From contig CAIRFN010000004.1 of NCBI GenBank assembly GCA_903877885.1, forward strand, positions 19,869 to 83,868: DNA of 64,000 nucleotides, read 5' to 3'. Shown here one piece after another: positions 18,281 to 27,822 of this stretch (its first letter is position 1; the number at the start of each line of letters is the position of its first letter). The translations under genes were made by a program, and so were the position numbers. The notes below the pieces were generated by a model, which was not told the DNA's origin, did not search any database, and was given only the letters and a program-made list of their open reading frames with translations. Source of the stretch: an uncultured Candidatus Berkelbacteria bacterium. Its GTDB lineage: Bacteria > Patescibacteriota > UBA1384 > UBA12157.

Positions 18281-19741
18281 ATGTCAGAAGAAGAAATTAG
18301 AACCCGAATTGCGCCGAGTCCAACCGGATATTTTCATATCGGCACGGCTCGCGCCGCTTTATTTAACTGGCTTTACGCCAAACGTTTTGGCGGAAAATTT
18401 ATTTTGCGAATGGAAGATACGGATAAAGCTCGTTCAACCGAGGAATATGCCATTGATATTATGGAATGTATGAGCTGGTTAGGTTTGGATTGGGATGAGG
18501 GTCCGGAAAATCCGGATTTATATGGTCCATATCGCCAATCAGAACGGGCGGAAATTTATCAAAAATATGCCAAACAACTTCTCGATGAGAGGTTGGCTTA
18601 CAAATGTTATTGCACGCCAGATGAATTGGAAGCCGAGAAAAAATTGCAGATGGAACGGCACGAACCACCAAAATATTCTGGTCGTTGCCGCAATTTGTCG
18701 CCCGAACAAATTTTGGCTTTTGAAAATGAAGGTCGCAAACCGGCTCTGCGCTTTAAAATCGACGAAAGTAGTCCAATCAAATTCAAAGATTTAATTAAAG
18801 GCGAAATGGAATTTGACCCAAAGCTTTTCGGTGATTTTATTGTGATGAAATCTGATAATTTACCGGCTTTTATGTTTGCCGGCATTATTGATGATTCGGA
18901 AATGAAAATTTCTTTAGTTATGCGCGGCGAAGATCATCTATCAAATACGCCACGACAAATTTTGTTAGCCAAAGCTTTGGATTTACCGATTCCTGATTAC
19001 GCTCATCTGTCGATGATTTTAAATTCTGACAAAACCAAAATGAGTAAACGCAAAAATCCAGTGTCGGTCTCTAAAGATTTTCGCGATAAAGGCTATTTGC
19101 CGGAAGCAATGATTAACTTTTTGGTACTACTTGGTTGGTCACCGAAAGAGGGGAAATCCGACGAAATTTATAGTTTAGATGATTTAACTAAAGAATTTGA
19201 TTTGTCGGAGGTGGGTAAATCTCCAGCGATTTTTGATACGACTAAACTCGATTTTTTCAATGGATATTATATCCGTCAAATGGAACTGGGCGAGTTAGCC
19301 AAGCGCTGTCTGCCATATTTGTTGGCTGCCGATTTAATTAAAAAAGAAGATGAAAAAATTTTGAAAGTCGTCGCTTTGGTCCAAGAAAGAATGAAAAAAT
19401 TGTCCGAAGTCGTCGAATTAACTGATTTTATGTTTAAAGAAATTGACTATCCAGCCGAACTTTTAATTACCAAAGGCACAACTAAAGAAATTACTTTGAA
19501 GGCTTTAGAAGAATCGGCCAAAGTTTTGACTGACGAAACCGATTATAGTCGCGATTCTTTGGACGGATTACTTCGAGCTTTGGCTACCAAACTTGGGTTT
19601 ACAGCCGGTCAAATTTTATGGCCAATTCGGGTAGCTTTATCTGGAAAACCGGCGTCGCCTGGTACATTCGAACTCTTAGATTTCTTTGGCAAAGATGAAA
19701 GTCTATCGCGTATTAAAAAAGCGATTGATATGCTAAAATAA
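18281..19741 (+). CDS. gltX: Glutamyl-tRNA synthetase. ATG at 18281; the ORF track starts earlier at 18221.
   Basis: HIGH region APSPTGYFHIGTAR and KMSKS motif KMSKR. Confidence 0.95.
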   Translation: MSEEEIRTRIAPSPTGYFHIGTARAALFNWLYAKRFGGKFILRMEDTDKARSTEEYAIDIMECMSWLGLDWDEGPENPDLYGPYRQSERAEIYQKYAKQLLDERLAYKCYCTPDELEAEKKLQMERHEPPKYSGRCRNLSPEQILAFENEGRKPALRFKIDESSPIKFKDLIKGEMEFDPKLFGDFIVMKSDNLPAFMFAGIIDDSEMKISLVMRGEDHLSNTPRQILLAKALDLPIPDYAHLSMILNSDKTKMSKRKNPVSVSKDFRDKGYLPEAMINFLVLLGWSPKEGKSDEIYSLDDLTKEFDLSEVGKSPAIFDTTKLDFFNGYYIRQMELGELAKRCLPYLLAADLIKKEDEKILKVVALVQERMKKLSEVVELTDFMFKEIDYPAELLITKGTTKEITLKALEESAKVLTDETDYSRDSLDGLLRALATKLGFTAGQILWPIRVALSGKPASPGTFELLDFFGKDESLSRIKKAIDMLK

Positions 19742-19845
19742 GAACCTTTCTTCGAAAGAACCTTGTTTTACTCGTCGATAACTCGTAAAATAAGAACCTT
19801 TCTTCGAAAGAACCTTGTTTTACTCGTCGATAACTCGTAAAATAA
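19742..19845. repeat. Perfect tandem duplication of a 52-bp unit (2 copies) between gltX and the GT4 gene
   Basis: gaacctttcttcgaaagaaccttgttttactcgtcgataactcgtaaaataa occurs twice back to back. Each unit has a small hairpin (ctttc-ttc-gaaag). Confidence 0.8.
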
Positions 19846-19849
19846 TAAT

Positions 19850-20965
19850 ATGAAACTACATGTTTTAGAAATAATTGGCGATAGTTCTTTGGCGGGGGCG
19901 CCTCGTCATCTTTTGTCGATTTTGGAAAACTTAGATACCGACAAATTCCAAACCAGTTGCATTTGTCCGCCCGGCGAGTTGGCCAATGAAATCCGACATA
20001 TTCATCGTCACATTAGCCTGGAAACGATCCGGATGAACTCGCGATTCGATTTGAAAGCGATTGGCAAAATCCGTCATTTTGTTAAACTTCATCAACCGGA
20101 TTTGATTCATGTTCATGGCACTCGCGCCGGCGCTTTGGGCCGGCTGGCCTCGATTGGTCTGGGAAAGCCAGTTATTTACACTGAACATTTGTGGACGAAA
20201 AATTTCCAACTAAATAACCGACTTTTGAATTATCTTCACCATATTGGCGGTTGGTTTTTGGATTTATTTACGACTCAAAATATTGCTGTTAGTCAAGCAG
20301 TCAAAGATTTTATGATCGAGGCTAATATTAGCTACGCTGATAAAATCAAAGTGATTTATAATGGCATTGAGCCAACCAAAACTCGGGCCGATATTTTTCA
20401 AAATGGTCAGGAAATTTGGCTAGGCACAGTCGGTACTTTAATTCCTTTGAAAGGTATTCAATATTTGTTGAAAGCCATGCCGATTATTCGTCAGCAATTT
20501 CCAGAAGTTCATTTGGAAATCATTGGCGAAGGTCCGTATCGAAAAAAGCTGGAAAAACAAACCAAAAAATTAAAATTAACCAAATTTGTTAAATTTGCCG
20601 GTTTTCAAGCTGATGTAGAAAAAAGTTTAGCTAAATTGGATTTATATGTTCAGCCGTCGGTTTCGGAAAGTTTTGGTTTGGCCATTGTCCAAGCCATGTC
20701 GGTGGGCTTGCCGGTTGTGGCGACGCGTACCGGCGGCATTCCGGAATTAGTAACCGAAGGAAAATCCGGCATTCTGATTGAAGCTGGCAATTCCAAAGCG
20801 ATTGCCGAAGCAGTTTTAAAATTGCTTTTCGACCACTCTCTGGCTCGCAAAATGGGCGAAATGGCCCGCCGCGAATCAACTGTTAGATTTAACCTTAAAG
20901 ATATGATCCTGGATGTGGAGAACTTGTATGAAGAAGTGGTTAAAAACCCTACTTTCCCTCAATAG
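19850..20965 (+). CDS. GT4-family glycosyltransferase (BshA/MshA-like retaining GT-B)
   Basis: ESFGLAIVQAMSVGLPVVATRTGGIPELV is the GT4 EX7E-region signature. Confidence 0.85.
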   Translation: MKLHVLEIIGDSSLAGAPRHLLSILENLDTDKFQTSCICPPGELANEIRHIHRHISLETIRMNSRFDLKAIGKIRHFVKLHQPDLIHVHGTRAGALGRLASIGLGKPVIYTEHLWTKNFQLNNRLLNYLHHIGGWFLDLFTTQNIAVSQAVKDFMIEANISYADKIKVIYNGIEPTKTRADIFQNGQEIWLGTVGTLIPLKGIQYLLKAMPIIRQQFPEVHLEIIGEGPYRKKLEKQTKKLKLTKFVKFAGFQADVEKSLAKLDLYVQPSVSESFGLAIVQAMSVGLPVVATRTGGIPELVTEGKSGILIEAGNSKAIAEAVLKLLFDHSLARKMGEMARRESTVRFNLKDMILDVENLYEEVVKNPTFPQ

Positions 20966-21731
20966 TTTAAGAAAAAAACTCGATAATGATCTTTTTTTCC
21001 GCGCCGCGGAATTTAACTATCATATTGAAATTTTGCCAGAATTAGAAGCGACCAGCCAGAAAATTTTGGTTTTAGCACCGCATCCGGATGACGATTGTTT
21101 TGGTTTAGGCGGAACAATTAAAAAAATTACTCAAGCTGGCGGTCAAGTGACGGTGGCTTATTTTTGCGATGGTAGCGGCGGGACCGAAGAAATAAGAAAT
21201 AAGAAAAAAGAAATCAGTTCTAAAGATTTAATTTCGATTCGCAAAGAAGAAGCGAAAAAAACCAAGGAAATTTTGGGAATTTTTGAACAGATTTTTTACG
21301 CCTATCCTGACGGCAAACTAAGCAATTCTGTCACCGCCCAAAAAGCCTTGATTAGTTTGATAAATAAGACCAGACCAGATATAATTTTCTTGCCGTCGAT
21401 GATTGATAATCACCCGGATCATCGGGCGGTCAACGACATTTTGGCCTCGGTAATAAAAACCGTAAACCTAACTTTTCAGGTTTGGCAATACGAGGTTTGG
21501 ACGCCGCTTTCTCCTAATCGAATTGTCTTAATCAATCACGAGCTGAAAGATAAGGAAGAAGCGATGGTGGCACATCAATCGCAACTGGCTACTCGCGGTT
21601 ATGCCCAAGCAATTTTTGGCTTGAACCAATATCGAGCGGAAATGAATAATCAGGCCGGTTTTGCCGAAGCCTTTTTTTCCGCCACACCAGAAATTTATTT
21701 GAAAATGTATCAGATTGTAAATAATAAATAA
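20928..21731 (+). CDS. LmbE/PIG-L family N-acetylglucosaminyl deacetylase. Start is ambiguous (20913 or 20928) and overlaps the end of the GT4 gene.
   Basis: ILVLAPHPDDDCFGLGGTI and a downstream HPDH motif. Confidence 0.8.
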   Translation: MKKWLKTLLSLNSLRKKLDNDLFFRAAEFNYHIEILPELEATSQKILVLAPHPDDDCFGLGGTIKKITQAGGQVTVAYFCDGSGGTEEIRNKKKEISSKDLISIRKEEAKKTKEILGIFEQIFYAYPDGKLSNSVTAQKALISLINKTRPDIIFLPSMIDNHPDHRAVNDILASVIKTVNLTFQVWQYEVWTPLSPNRIVLINHELKDKEEAMVAHQSQLATRGYAQAIFGLNQYRAEMNNQAGFAEAFFSATPEIYLKMYQIVNNK

Positions 21732-21794
21732 TTTTTTAAGTATTTGACAAGGGGTTGATTTGTAAATAGAATTAATTCTATGAAGGAATAAGAA

Positions 21795-23174
21795 ATGGAA
21801 GAGCAAAAAATCGTAGAAAAATATAATTTGATGTGGAATAGGCTTTTCTTTGAAGAATTTTTTAGTAATCCTGAATTTATGGATTTTGCTAGAAATTTTT
21901 CCGCCGAACGAAGCGATTATACTAAGGGTGCGAATTTTTTGCCAACAACATTGAAACCTAGATTTAATACGCTCAAGCAAGAGGAATTAATTAGAGAATC
22001 AACAGAAAATATAATATCTGCTCTCAAAAAAATAGAACAAGAATTGGTTAAGGGAAATAAAGAATTACAAGATTTTATGGGGCTAAATGAAAATCAAATG
22101 GAAGTCTTGAAGTTTCCATGTCGCTACAAAAATAGCTATTTTTGGGTAAGGTTTGATTGTGCTTTAGAAGATTTGTCACTAAAAGTTCTCGAAATTAATC
22201 TCAATTTTCCGGGTGGTCCAGGATTTTTAGATGAGATTTATGAAAATTTTGCTAAATTAAGCATCATCGATAAGTTTTCAAAGTTCACAGAAATAAAACC
22301 AAACTATGGCCTAAACGAGATATTTTATCAGACCGCATTAAAAAACTATAAAGAAGCGGGATTTGAGGAAAACAAACCAAATATAATCATATTAAAAATG
22401 GATGAACTTGGTTATGCGATGGACTCGGAAAGTGTAAAAAAATATTTTGAAAAAAACGGACACAAAGTTGTAATCGTTGATCCAAGCCGAGTTAAATACG
22501 ATGGTAAATATTTGATTTATGGCGATCACAAAGCCAATTTGATTTTAAAATGGTTTGATATAGATGATTTATTTAAGAAAAAGGGTAAATGTAAAGATTT
22601 TTATAAGGCTCTTAAAGATAATAGTTTAGCCTTAATGAACCCTTTGAGTATTGGAGTTGTAGCCGCTAAAAGCACTTTTGCCGTGATGACTAGCGAAAAA
22701 TATGCTTATCTTTTTTCCGATCAAGAAAAATCATCAATTAATAAATGTATTTTATGGACAAGGATTTTTGGAAATTACGATTCTGAAGATAAGTTGGGTA
22801 AGAAAATAAATTTACTAAAATATGCGAAAGAAAATAAAGACGAGATAGTTTTGAAACCTTCGGTTGGAACTGGCGGTGAAAAAGTCTTCGTAGGTGTTTC
22901 TTATACTGAAAAAGAATGGAACAAGATTATTAATGATATTATTAAAGAGAAAAGGAATTATATAATTCAGGACCGAGTCGAAATAATATCAGAATATTTT
23001 CCAAACATTCATAATGATAGTTTGATATTTGAAAAACGCAGAATAGATTTATTACCATATATCATGGACGAAAAATATTTTTGTTCTGGTTCAAGATGTG
23101 CTAGCGGTTACATTTTAAATGTCAAAGACGGCGCTATCGGCGGAATAAATTACACAATTTTAAATAATCAATAA
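21795..23174 (+). CDS. Glutathionylspermidine-synthase-like (GSP_synth / pre-ATP-grasp) amide ligase
   Basis: FWVRFDCALEDLSLKVLEINLNFPGGPGFLDE matches the GspS-family R-x-D...E-x-N core. IVLKPSVGTGGEKVFVG is ATP-grasp-like. Confidence 0.55.
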   Translation: MEEQKIVEKYNLMWNRLFFEEFFSNPEFMDFARNFSAERSDYTKGANFLPTTLKPRFNTLKQEELIRESTENIISALKKIEQELVKGNKELQDFMGLNENQMEVLKFPCRYKNSYFWVRFDCALEDLSLKVLEINLNFPGGPGFLDEIYENFAKLSIIDKFSKFTEIKPNYGLNEIFYQTALKNYKEAGFEENKPNIIILKMDELGYAMDSESVKKYFEKNGHKVVIVDPSRVKYDGKYLIYGDHKANLILKWFDIDDLFKKKGKCKDFYKALKDNSLALMNPLSIGVVAAKSTFAVMTSEKYAYLFSDQEKSSINKCILWTRIFGNYDSEDKLGKKINLLKYAKENKDEIVLKPSVGTGGEKVFVGVSYTEKEWNKIINDIIKEKRNYIIQDRVEIISEYFPNIHNDSLIFEKRRIDLLPYIMDEKYFCSGSRCASGYILNVKDGAIGGINYTILNNQ

Positions 23175-23175
23175 T

Positions 23176-24321
23176 ATGAATAATATTGAAAGAATAAACG
23201 TTTTATATCCAGAGCAAACCGGAGATTCGGAATCAGAGAAAATTTGGCTTAAAGCGGAAAACTTTATTCAAAATAATCCAGTTGAATTCTCTGAGGATGA
23301 AGAAAGCCAGTTAATGGATAGTTATAGCCAACTCGAATCTCAAGGACTAAACGGTGTTGTCCATATTATTCATCAAGGCTCCGCGACTGGCGAGATGGTC
23401 GCAAGGGAATTACCATCGAGTTTCAAAGAAAAATATTATCATCGCCTTCATATTATAAAAGCCGAAAACAGAGAAAGTCAGTCTGGTTTTGTCAGAGAAG
23501 GTGATACCGTAGTTTATATCTCCCAAGATGGATCGATAGACAAAGAAAATAAGGAAATGCTAGAAGACACTCTTAAAGATAGAGTGGGAATAATTTCCGG
23601 TGGTGGTGATGGCAGCCCAAAAGATAGAATTTATATTCCTCTGCTTAATGCTTTGGAAAGAGAAATAGAGAGTAATACTCCTAGTGCTGGTATTTGTTTG
23701 GGTCATCAGCTTTATGGAGAGCTAATTTTAAGCATGAGAAACAAAGCTACGGAAGGGACGATGCCAGGATATCTTGAAGGCGTTACGTCGATGGAACGAA
23801 TAACTAATAATGGCAAAGAAAATCCGATTTTTTCAAGACTTGGGGAAAGAGTGAATATTGTTTCTTTGAATATGTTTCACCTCGTCATGCCGAAAGGAAC
23901 TGAATCTGGCCAAGATGTTTTTCCACATGGTAAGGTTTTAACGAGAAGTGAGGCCACTGAATATCCAACATCATTGGAATTAAGAGGTGTAGAAGAAGGT
24001 CAGATTATTACGACACAAAGACATCCTGAAGTGGGAATGTGGGGATTTGGCGAAGATGTTATTTTTAAAGATGAAATTATCAATCTTCCGAGCGGTTCGA
24101 AATTAGTTGTACCCGCGGGGAGTCATCCGGATATGATAAAATTCGCAAAATATTTTACTCCTAAACCAATACTTGAGTTTCTGGGGCAGAAATATGGAAT
24201 TACCGAAGAGGATATTCAAAATATGTTTGTAAAAGAAAGAATGACTAAACATTTAGGTAAAGATTTTTATGGTCCAATGCTTAATTACCTAGCTGATTAT
24301 AGATTTAAATTTAATAAATAA
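23176..24321 (+). CDS. Class-I glutamine amidotransferase-like / peptidase C26-type (gamma-glutamyl) hydrolase
   Basis: Nucleophile elbow AGICLGHQL and a QRHPE motif (GATase1 Cys-His-Glu triad). The start overlaps the upstream stop. Confidence 0.55.
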   Translation: MNNIERINVLYPEQTGDSESEKIWLKAENFIQNNPVEFSEDEESQLMDSYSQLESQGLNGVVHIIHQGSATGEMVARELPSSFKEKYYHRLHIIKAENRESQSGFVREGDTVVYISQDGSIDKENKEMLEDTLKDRVGIISGGGDGSPKDRIYIPLLNALEREIESNTPSAGICLGHQLYGELILSMRNKATEGTMPGYLEGVTSMERITNNGKENPIFSRLGERVNIVSLNMFHLVMPKGTESGQDVFPHGKVLTRSEATEYPTSLELRGVEEGQIITTQRHPEVGMWGFGEDVIFKDEIINLPSGSKLVVPAGSHPDMIKFAKYFTPKPILEFLGQKYGITEEDIQNMFVKERMTKHLGKDFYGPMLNYLADYRFKFNK

Positions 24322-24329
24322 TTATCAAT

Positions 24330-24524
24330 ATGGAAGACAAAAAAGAAGAATTATTATCAATTGTAGAAAGCATAGTTTTATCAGAGTTTTTTACTGAAGA
24401 AGAAAAAGGTGAGGTCTTTCATCTGATAACTGAAGGAAATAAAGACATAGATGAATTGATCGAACTATTGAGAAAATATTTAGTAGCTAAAGTTGCTACT
24501 GGTATTAAAAAAATATCTAATTAA
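24330..24524 (+). CDS. 64-aa acidic small protein of unknown function
   Basis: ORF only, in a tight operon context between the amidase and the dehydrogenase. Confidence 0.3.
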   Translation: MEDKKEELLSIVESIVLSEFFTEEEKGEVFHLITEGNKDIDELIELLRKYLVAKVATGIKKISN

Positions 24525-24541
24525 CAGATTCCGGAGGACAC

Positions 24542-25546
24542 ATGAAGATTGCTTTTTTTGAGGTTGCTGACGAAGAAAAAACTTATTTCCAAGAAAAATT
24601 GCCAAATGATGATTTGATTTTTTTGGAAGAACCGCTCGATGAAGATTTTGGCTTAAGTTTAGCCGAAGTGGAAATTTTGTCAGTTTTTATTTATTCCAAA
24701 GTCACCGCCAAAGTCCTTAAAAAAATGCCAAAACTAAAATTGGTGATTACGCGCTCAACCGGGTTTGATCATATCGATTTAGCCTATTGTAAGGAAAACA
24801 AAATTTTAGTCGCCAATGTGCCGCTTTATGGTGAAAACACGGTGGCGGAACATACTTTTGCTTTGATTTTGGCTTTGAGCCGCAAAATCGTCGCCTCCAA
24901 TGAACATATTCGCCACAATAATGATTTCTCGCTGGAAGGTCTGCGCGGTTTTGACTTGGAAGGAAAAACCATTGGCATTATTGGCACCGGTAAAATCGGG
25001 GCCAAAGTGGCGAAAATGGCCAACAGCTTTGGTATGAAAATTATCGCCTTCGATAAATTTCAAAATGAAGATTTGATTAAAAAATATAAAGTCGAATATT
25101 TGCCGCTTAAAAAAGTTCTGGCTGAATCTGATGTTATTTCCTTAAATATGCGTCACACGGCCGAAACGCATCATATGATTAACGCCCAAACGATTGAATC
25201 GATTAAACCTGGCGCCATTTTGGTTAATACCGCCCGCGGCGGTTTGATTGATACGCCGTGCCTTTTGCCGGCGCTGGAATCTGGAAAACTAGCCGGCGTG
25301 GGACTCGACGTTTTGGAAGAAGAAGGCGCGGTCAAGGAAGATATTGCCCTTTCCAGCCGACAGTTTACCCGTCGGAGCTTGATGGTCGGGCTGGCCAACG
25401 CAATGTTGACTCACAAATCTAATGTGATTGTAACGCCTCACAATGCTTTCAATTCGGTCGAGGCTTTTCGCCGAATTATGGATACGACGATCGATGATAT
25501 TCTGGCTTTCCAAAAATCCGAACCGATTAACTTGGTGAAAGAATAA
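24542..25546 (+). CDS. D-isomer-specific 2-hydroxyacid dehydrogenase (NAD-dependent)
   Basis: GKTIGIIGTGKIGAKVAKMA Rossmann motif and a catalytic R/E/H pattern (TARGGLID ... VTPH). Confidence 0.85.
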   Translation: MKIAFFEVADEEKTYFQEKLPNDDLIFLEEPLDEDFGLSLAEVEILSVFIYSKVTAKVLKKMPKLKLVITRSTGFDHIDLAYCKENKILVANVPLYGENTVAEHTFALILALSRKIVASNEHIRHNNDFSLEGLRGFDLEGKTIGIIGTGKIGAKVAKMANSFGMKIIAFDKFQNEDLIKKYKVEYLPLKKVLAESDVISLNMRHTAETHHMINAQTIESIKPGAILVNTARGGLIDTPCLLPALESGKLAGVGLDVLEEEGAVKEDIALSSRQFTRRSLMVGLANAMLTHKSNVIVTPHNAFNSVEAFRRIMDTTIDDILAFQKSEPINLVKE

Positions 25547-25687
25547 AATTAGTCTTTCGTATTTTGTCATCCTGAGCGTAGCGAAGGATCTAATCTATTA
25601 TGAATAGATTCTTCGCCGCTTTCTAGCGGTTCAGAATGACATTAGAACTGGATTTTTAACCAGATATATGGTACAATCTTTTTGTAT

Positions 25688-25761
25688 TCCCGGATCGTCT
25701 AATGGCAGGACGATAGGTTCTGGTCCTATAAGTTGGGGTTCGAATCCCTATCCGGGAGCCA
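25688..25761 (+). tRNA. tRNA-Gln (anticodon CTG), CCA encoded
   Basis: Manual fold: acceptor tcccgga/tccggga, anticodon stem atagg/cctat, loop ttCTGgt, T-loop ttcgaat. Confidence 0.75.
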
Positions 25762-25771
25762 ATTAAAATAC

Positions 25772-25843
25772 GGCCTCATCGTCTAACGGTCAGGACACTA
25801 GGTTCTCATCCTAGAAACAGGGGTCCGACTCCCCTTGAGGCTA
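25772..25843 (+). tRNA. tRNA-Glu (anticodon CTC), no encoded CCA
   Basis: Manual fold: acceptor ggcctca/tgaggct, anticodon stem ctagg/cctag, loop ttCTCat, T-arm agggg-tccgact-cccct. Confidence 0.75.
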
Positions 25844-25856
25844 AAATGATTTTATG

Positions 25857-25889
25857 CGCGATTATTGCGCGATTATTGCGCGATTCTAA
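25857..25889. repeat. 11-bp unit gcgcgattatt repeated 3 times (third copy imperfect) directly after the tRNA pair
   Basis: Read directly from the sequence. Confidence 0.8.
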
Positions 25890-25910
25890 ATAATCGTTTA
25901 TAATATAAAT

Positions 25911-26966
25911 ATGTTTAATCCAAAATATATTCTTTCAAATAAAATCGTATCAATGTTAACTTCAATTGCCGAGTCAAAAGTGATTATTGAACGTGCTAAG
26001 TTATTGCCGAAAAATGAAGTCAGACTTCGTCGTCAAGCTTTGATAAGAATGACTCACAGTTCAACAGAAATTGAGGGTAATATTCTCAACATTCAACAAG
26101 TTGAGCGACTGTTTGCCAATAAAAAGGTTGACGCTCCAGAAAGAGATATTTACGAAGTTGAAAATTATATTAAAGCTCTAAAATATATCGAAACAGTTAT
26201 AGAAGCTAAAAAACCGATAAACAGTACAATTCTTTTAAAAATACATGGACTTGTAACTCATAATACCTTGCCAAAAGAACAATCTGGCCATTTTCGCCAA
26301 AGTCTGATTTATATTGTACAGCGTCGTCTTGGGATGCCGAATAAAGTTATGTATACCGGTCCGGAATCTGATCGTGTATCTGAATTATGCAAAGATCTTT
26401 TTGACTGGTTAGACCAAAGCAAAGAAAAAAATATCAATCCAGTCATCGTCGCCGGTATAGTTCACCAAGAAATTGCCGCTATCCATCCTTTTGCTGATGG
26501 AAACGGCCGAACAGCGCGAGCAATGGCAACTTTAATTCTCTATGAACGTGGTTATGATTTTCGACGACTTTTTGCTTTAGAAGATTATTACAATAAAGAT
26601 CGGTCAAGTTATTATGAAGCAATAAATATTGGAAAGAATTATTCAGAGCGACGGACCGATATTACGTCTTGGCTCGAATATTTTGTGAAAGGTTTTAAAG
26701 GAGAGATTGACTTAGTTAAGGCGCAAATTGCTAATTTATCGCTTCGAAATCTTAATGATAAAATCGAATCAAAGATTTTTCTTGAGAAAGATCAAATGCT
26801 TATTTTGGATTTTATTGATCAGATGGGAAAAATTACGGTTACTGACGTTATCGATATTCTTCATTGTCCGAGACGTACCGCGCAATCTAAACTATTAAAG
26901 CTAAAAGAACTAGGAATAATTATCCAAACAGGAAAGGGCCCATCAACCGCTTATATTTTGAAATAA
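25911..26966 (+). CDS. Fic-family protein (AMPylator-type) with a C-terminal winged-helix domain
   Basis: Canonical Fic motif HPFADGNGRTARA. Confidence 0.85.
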   Translation: MFNPKYILSNKIVSMLTSIAESKVIIERAKLLPKNEVRLRRQALIRMTHSSTEIEGNILNIQQVERLFANKKVDAPERDIYEVENYIKALKYIETVIEAKKPINSTILLKIHGLVTHNTLPKEQSGHFRQSLIYIVQRRLGMPNKVMYTGPESDRVSELCKDLFDWLDQSKEKNINPVIVAGIVHQEIAAIHPFADGNGRTARAMATLILYERGYDFRRLFALEDYYNKDRSSYYEAINIGKNYSERRTDITSWLEYFVKGFKGEIDLVKAQIANLSLRNLNDKIESKIFLEKDQMLILDFIDQMGKITVTDVIDILHCPRRTAQSKLLKLKELGIIIQTGKGPSTAYILK

Positions 26967-27164
26967 AAGTATGACAAGACTATTAAAAAACAGGTTTAAG
27001 GTATTAAATTAATTTTAATATTTTGGACCTGTTTTTTAAATTGTTTTTATCCCCTAAAAATGCTAATTACATAGGAAAAATCCAAAATTTTTGTTATAAT
27101 AAAAGGAATGATTATTAACCCAGGCGGAAATATTAGAAGGTGAAAATATAATGTGTAACTTAAT

Positions 27165-27692
27165 ATGAACAATTTTAATTATCAAACCAATTGGCGAAGT
27201 TCCCTCCAAACTATTGTTATTTTTGTCATTATTTTTGCGGCAATTGGATTTGTTGGGGATTATTTTGGAAAAATATCTCTAACAAATCAGCTCCAAACTG
27301 CAGAAAATATAATTGGAAATAATGTTAAAATTGCTCCATTTTATGTTTTAGGCAAAGAAAATATTCTAAATGGTAGCTATAAAAGTTATCTTATAGAATC
27401 ACAAGTTTCTAATTATGATACCAGACAGGAAGCTGAAGGAAAATTCGATTTTATCGGGATTCGGCTCAAGAAAACACCAGATTCATCTACTATCGATAAA
27501 TACTCATCGCTTTTAAAAGATTACAACTTAGATGGAAATCTTCTTTATGTCAACGCCTATCATAGAGGGAAAGTTAACGCTGATATTTTTGATGTTCCAT
27601 ATTCTAATACTAAATTTAAAAAAACTGTTGATCAGGATTTTCCTAGCGTACTTAATGATTTATATCAATTAGCAAGCCAATTAGATCGCTAA
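27165..27692 (+). CDS. Hypothetical protein with an N-terminal signal anchor
   Basis: N-terminal TM helix. No motifs. Confidence 0.35.
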   Translation: MNNFNYQTNWRSSLQTIVIFVIIFAAIGFVGDYFGKISLTNQLQTAENIIGNNVKIAPFYVLGKENILNGSYKSYLIESQVSNYDTRQEAEGKFDFIGIRLKKTPDSSTIDKYSSLLKDYNLDGNLLYVNAYHRGKVNADIFDVPYSNTKFKKTVDQDFPSVLNDLYQLASQLDR

Positions 27693-27822
27693 AATAAAAA
27701 TTATCAAAGTCCAGGGTAAAAGAGAACCGTCCCCTAATTTATTGGTTTTTAAATCTTGACATTTCTCATCAATTTGTGCTAGAATTGCTAGTTCTGGGAA
27801 AACCAGAAAATTTGGAGGAGGA

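Noticed and set aside
19742-19845. Possible CRISPR array (direct repeats).
   Set aside because: Only two contiguous identical 52-bp units with no spacers. The 11-bp triple repeat at 25857 is likewise not CRISPR-like. No cas genes are present.
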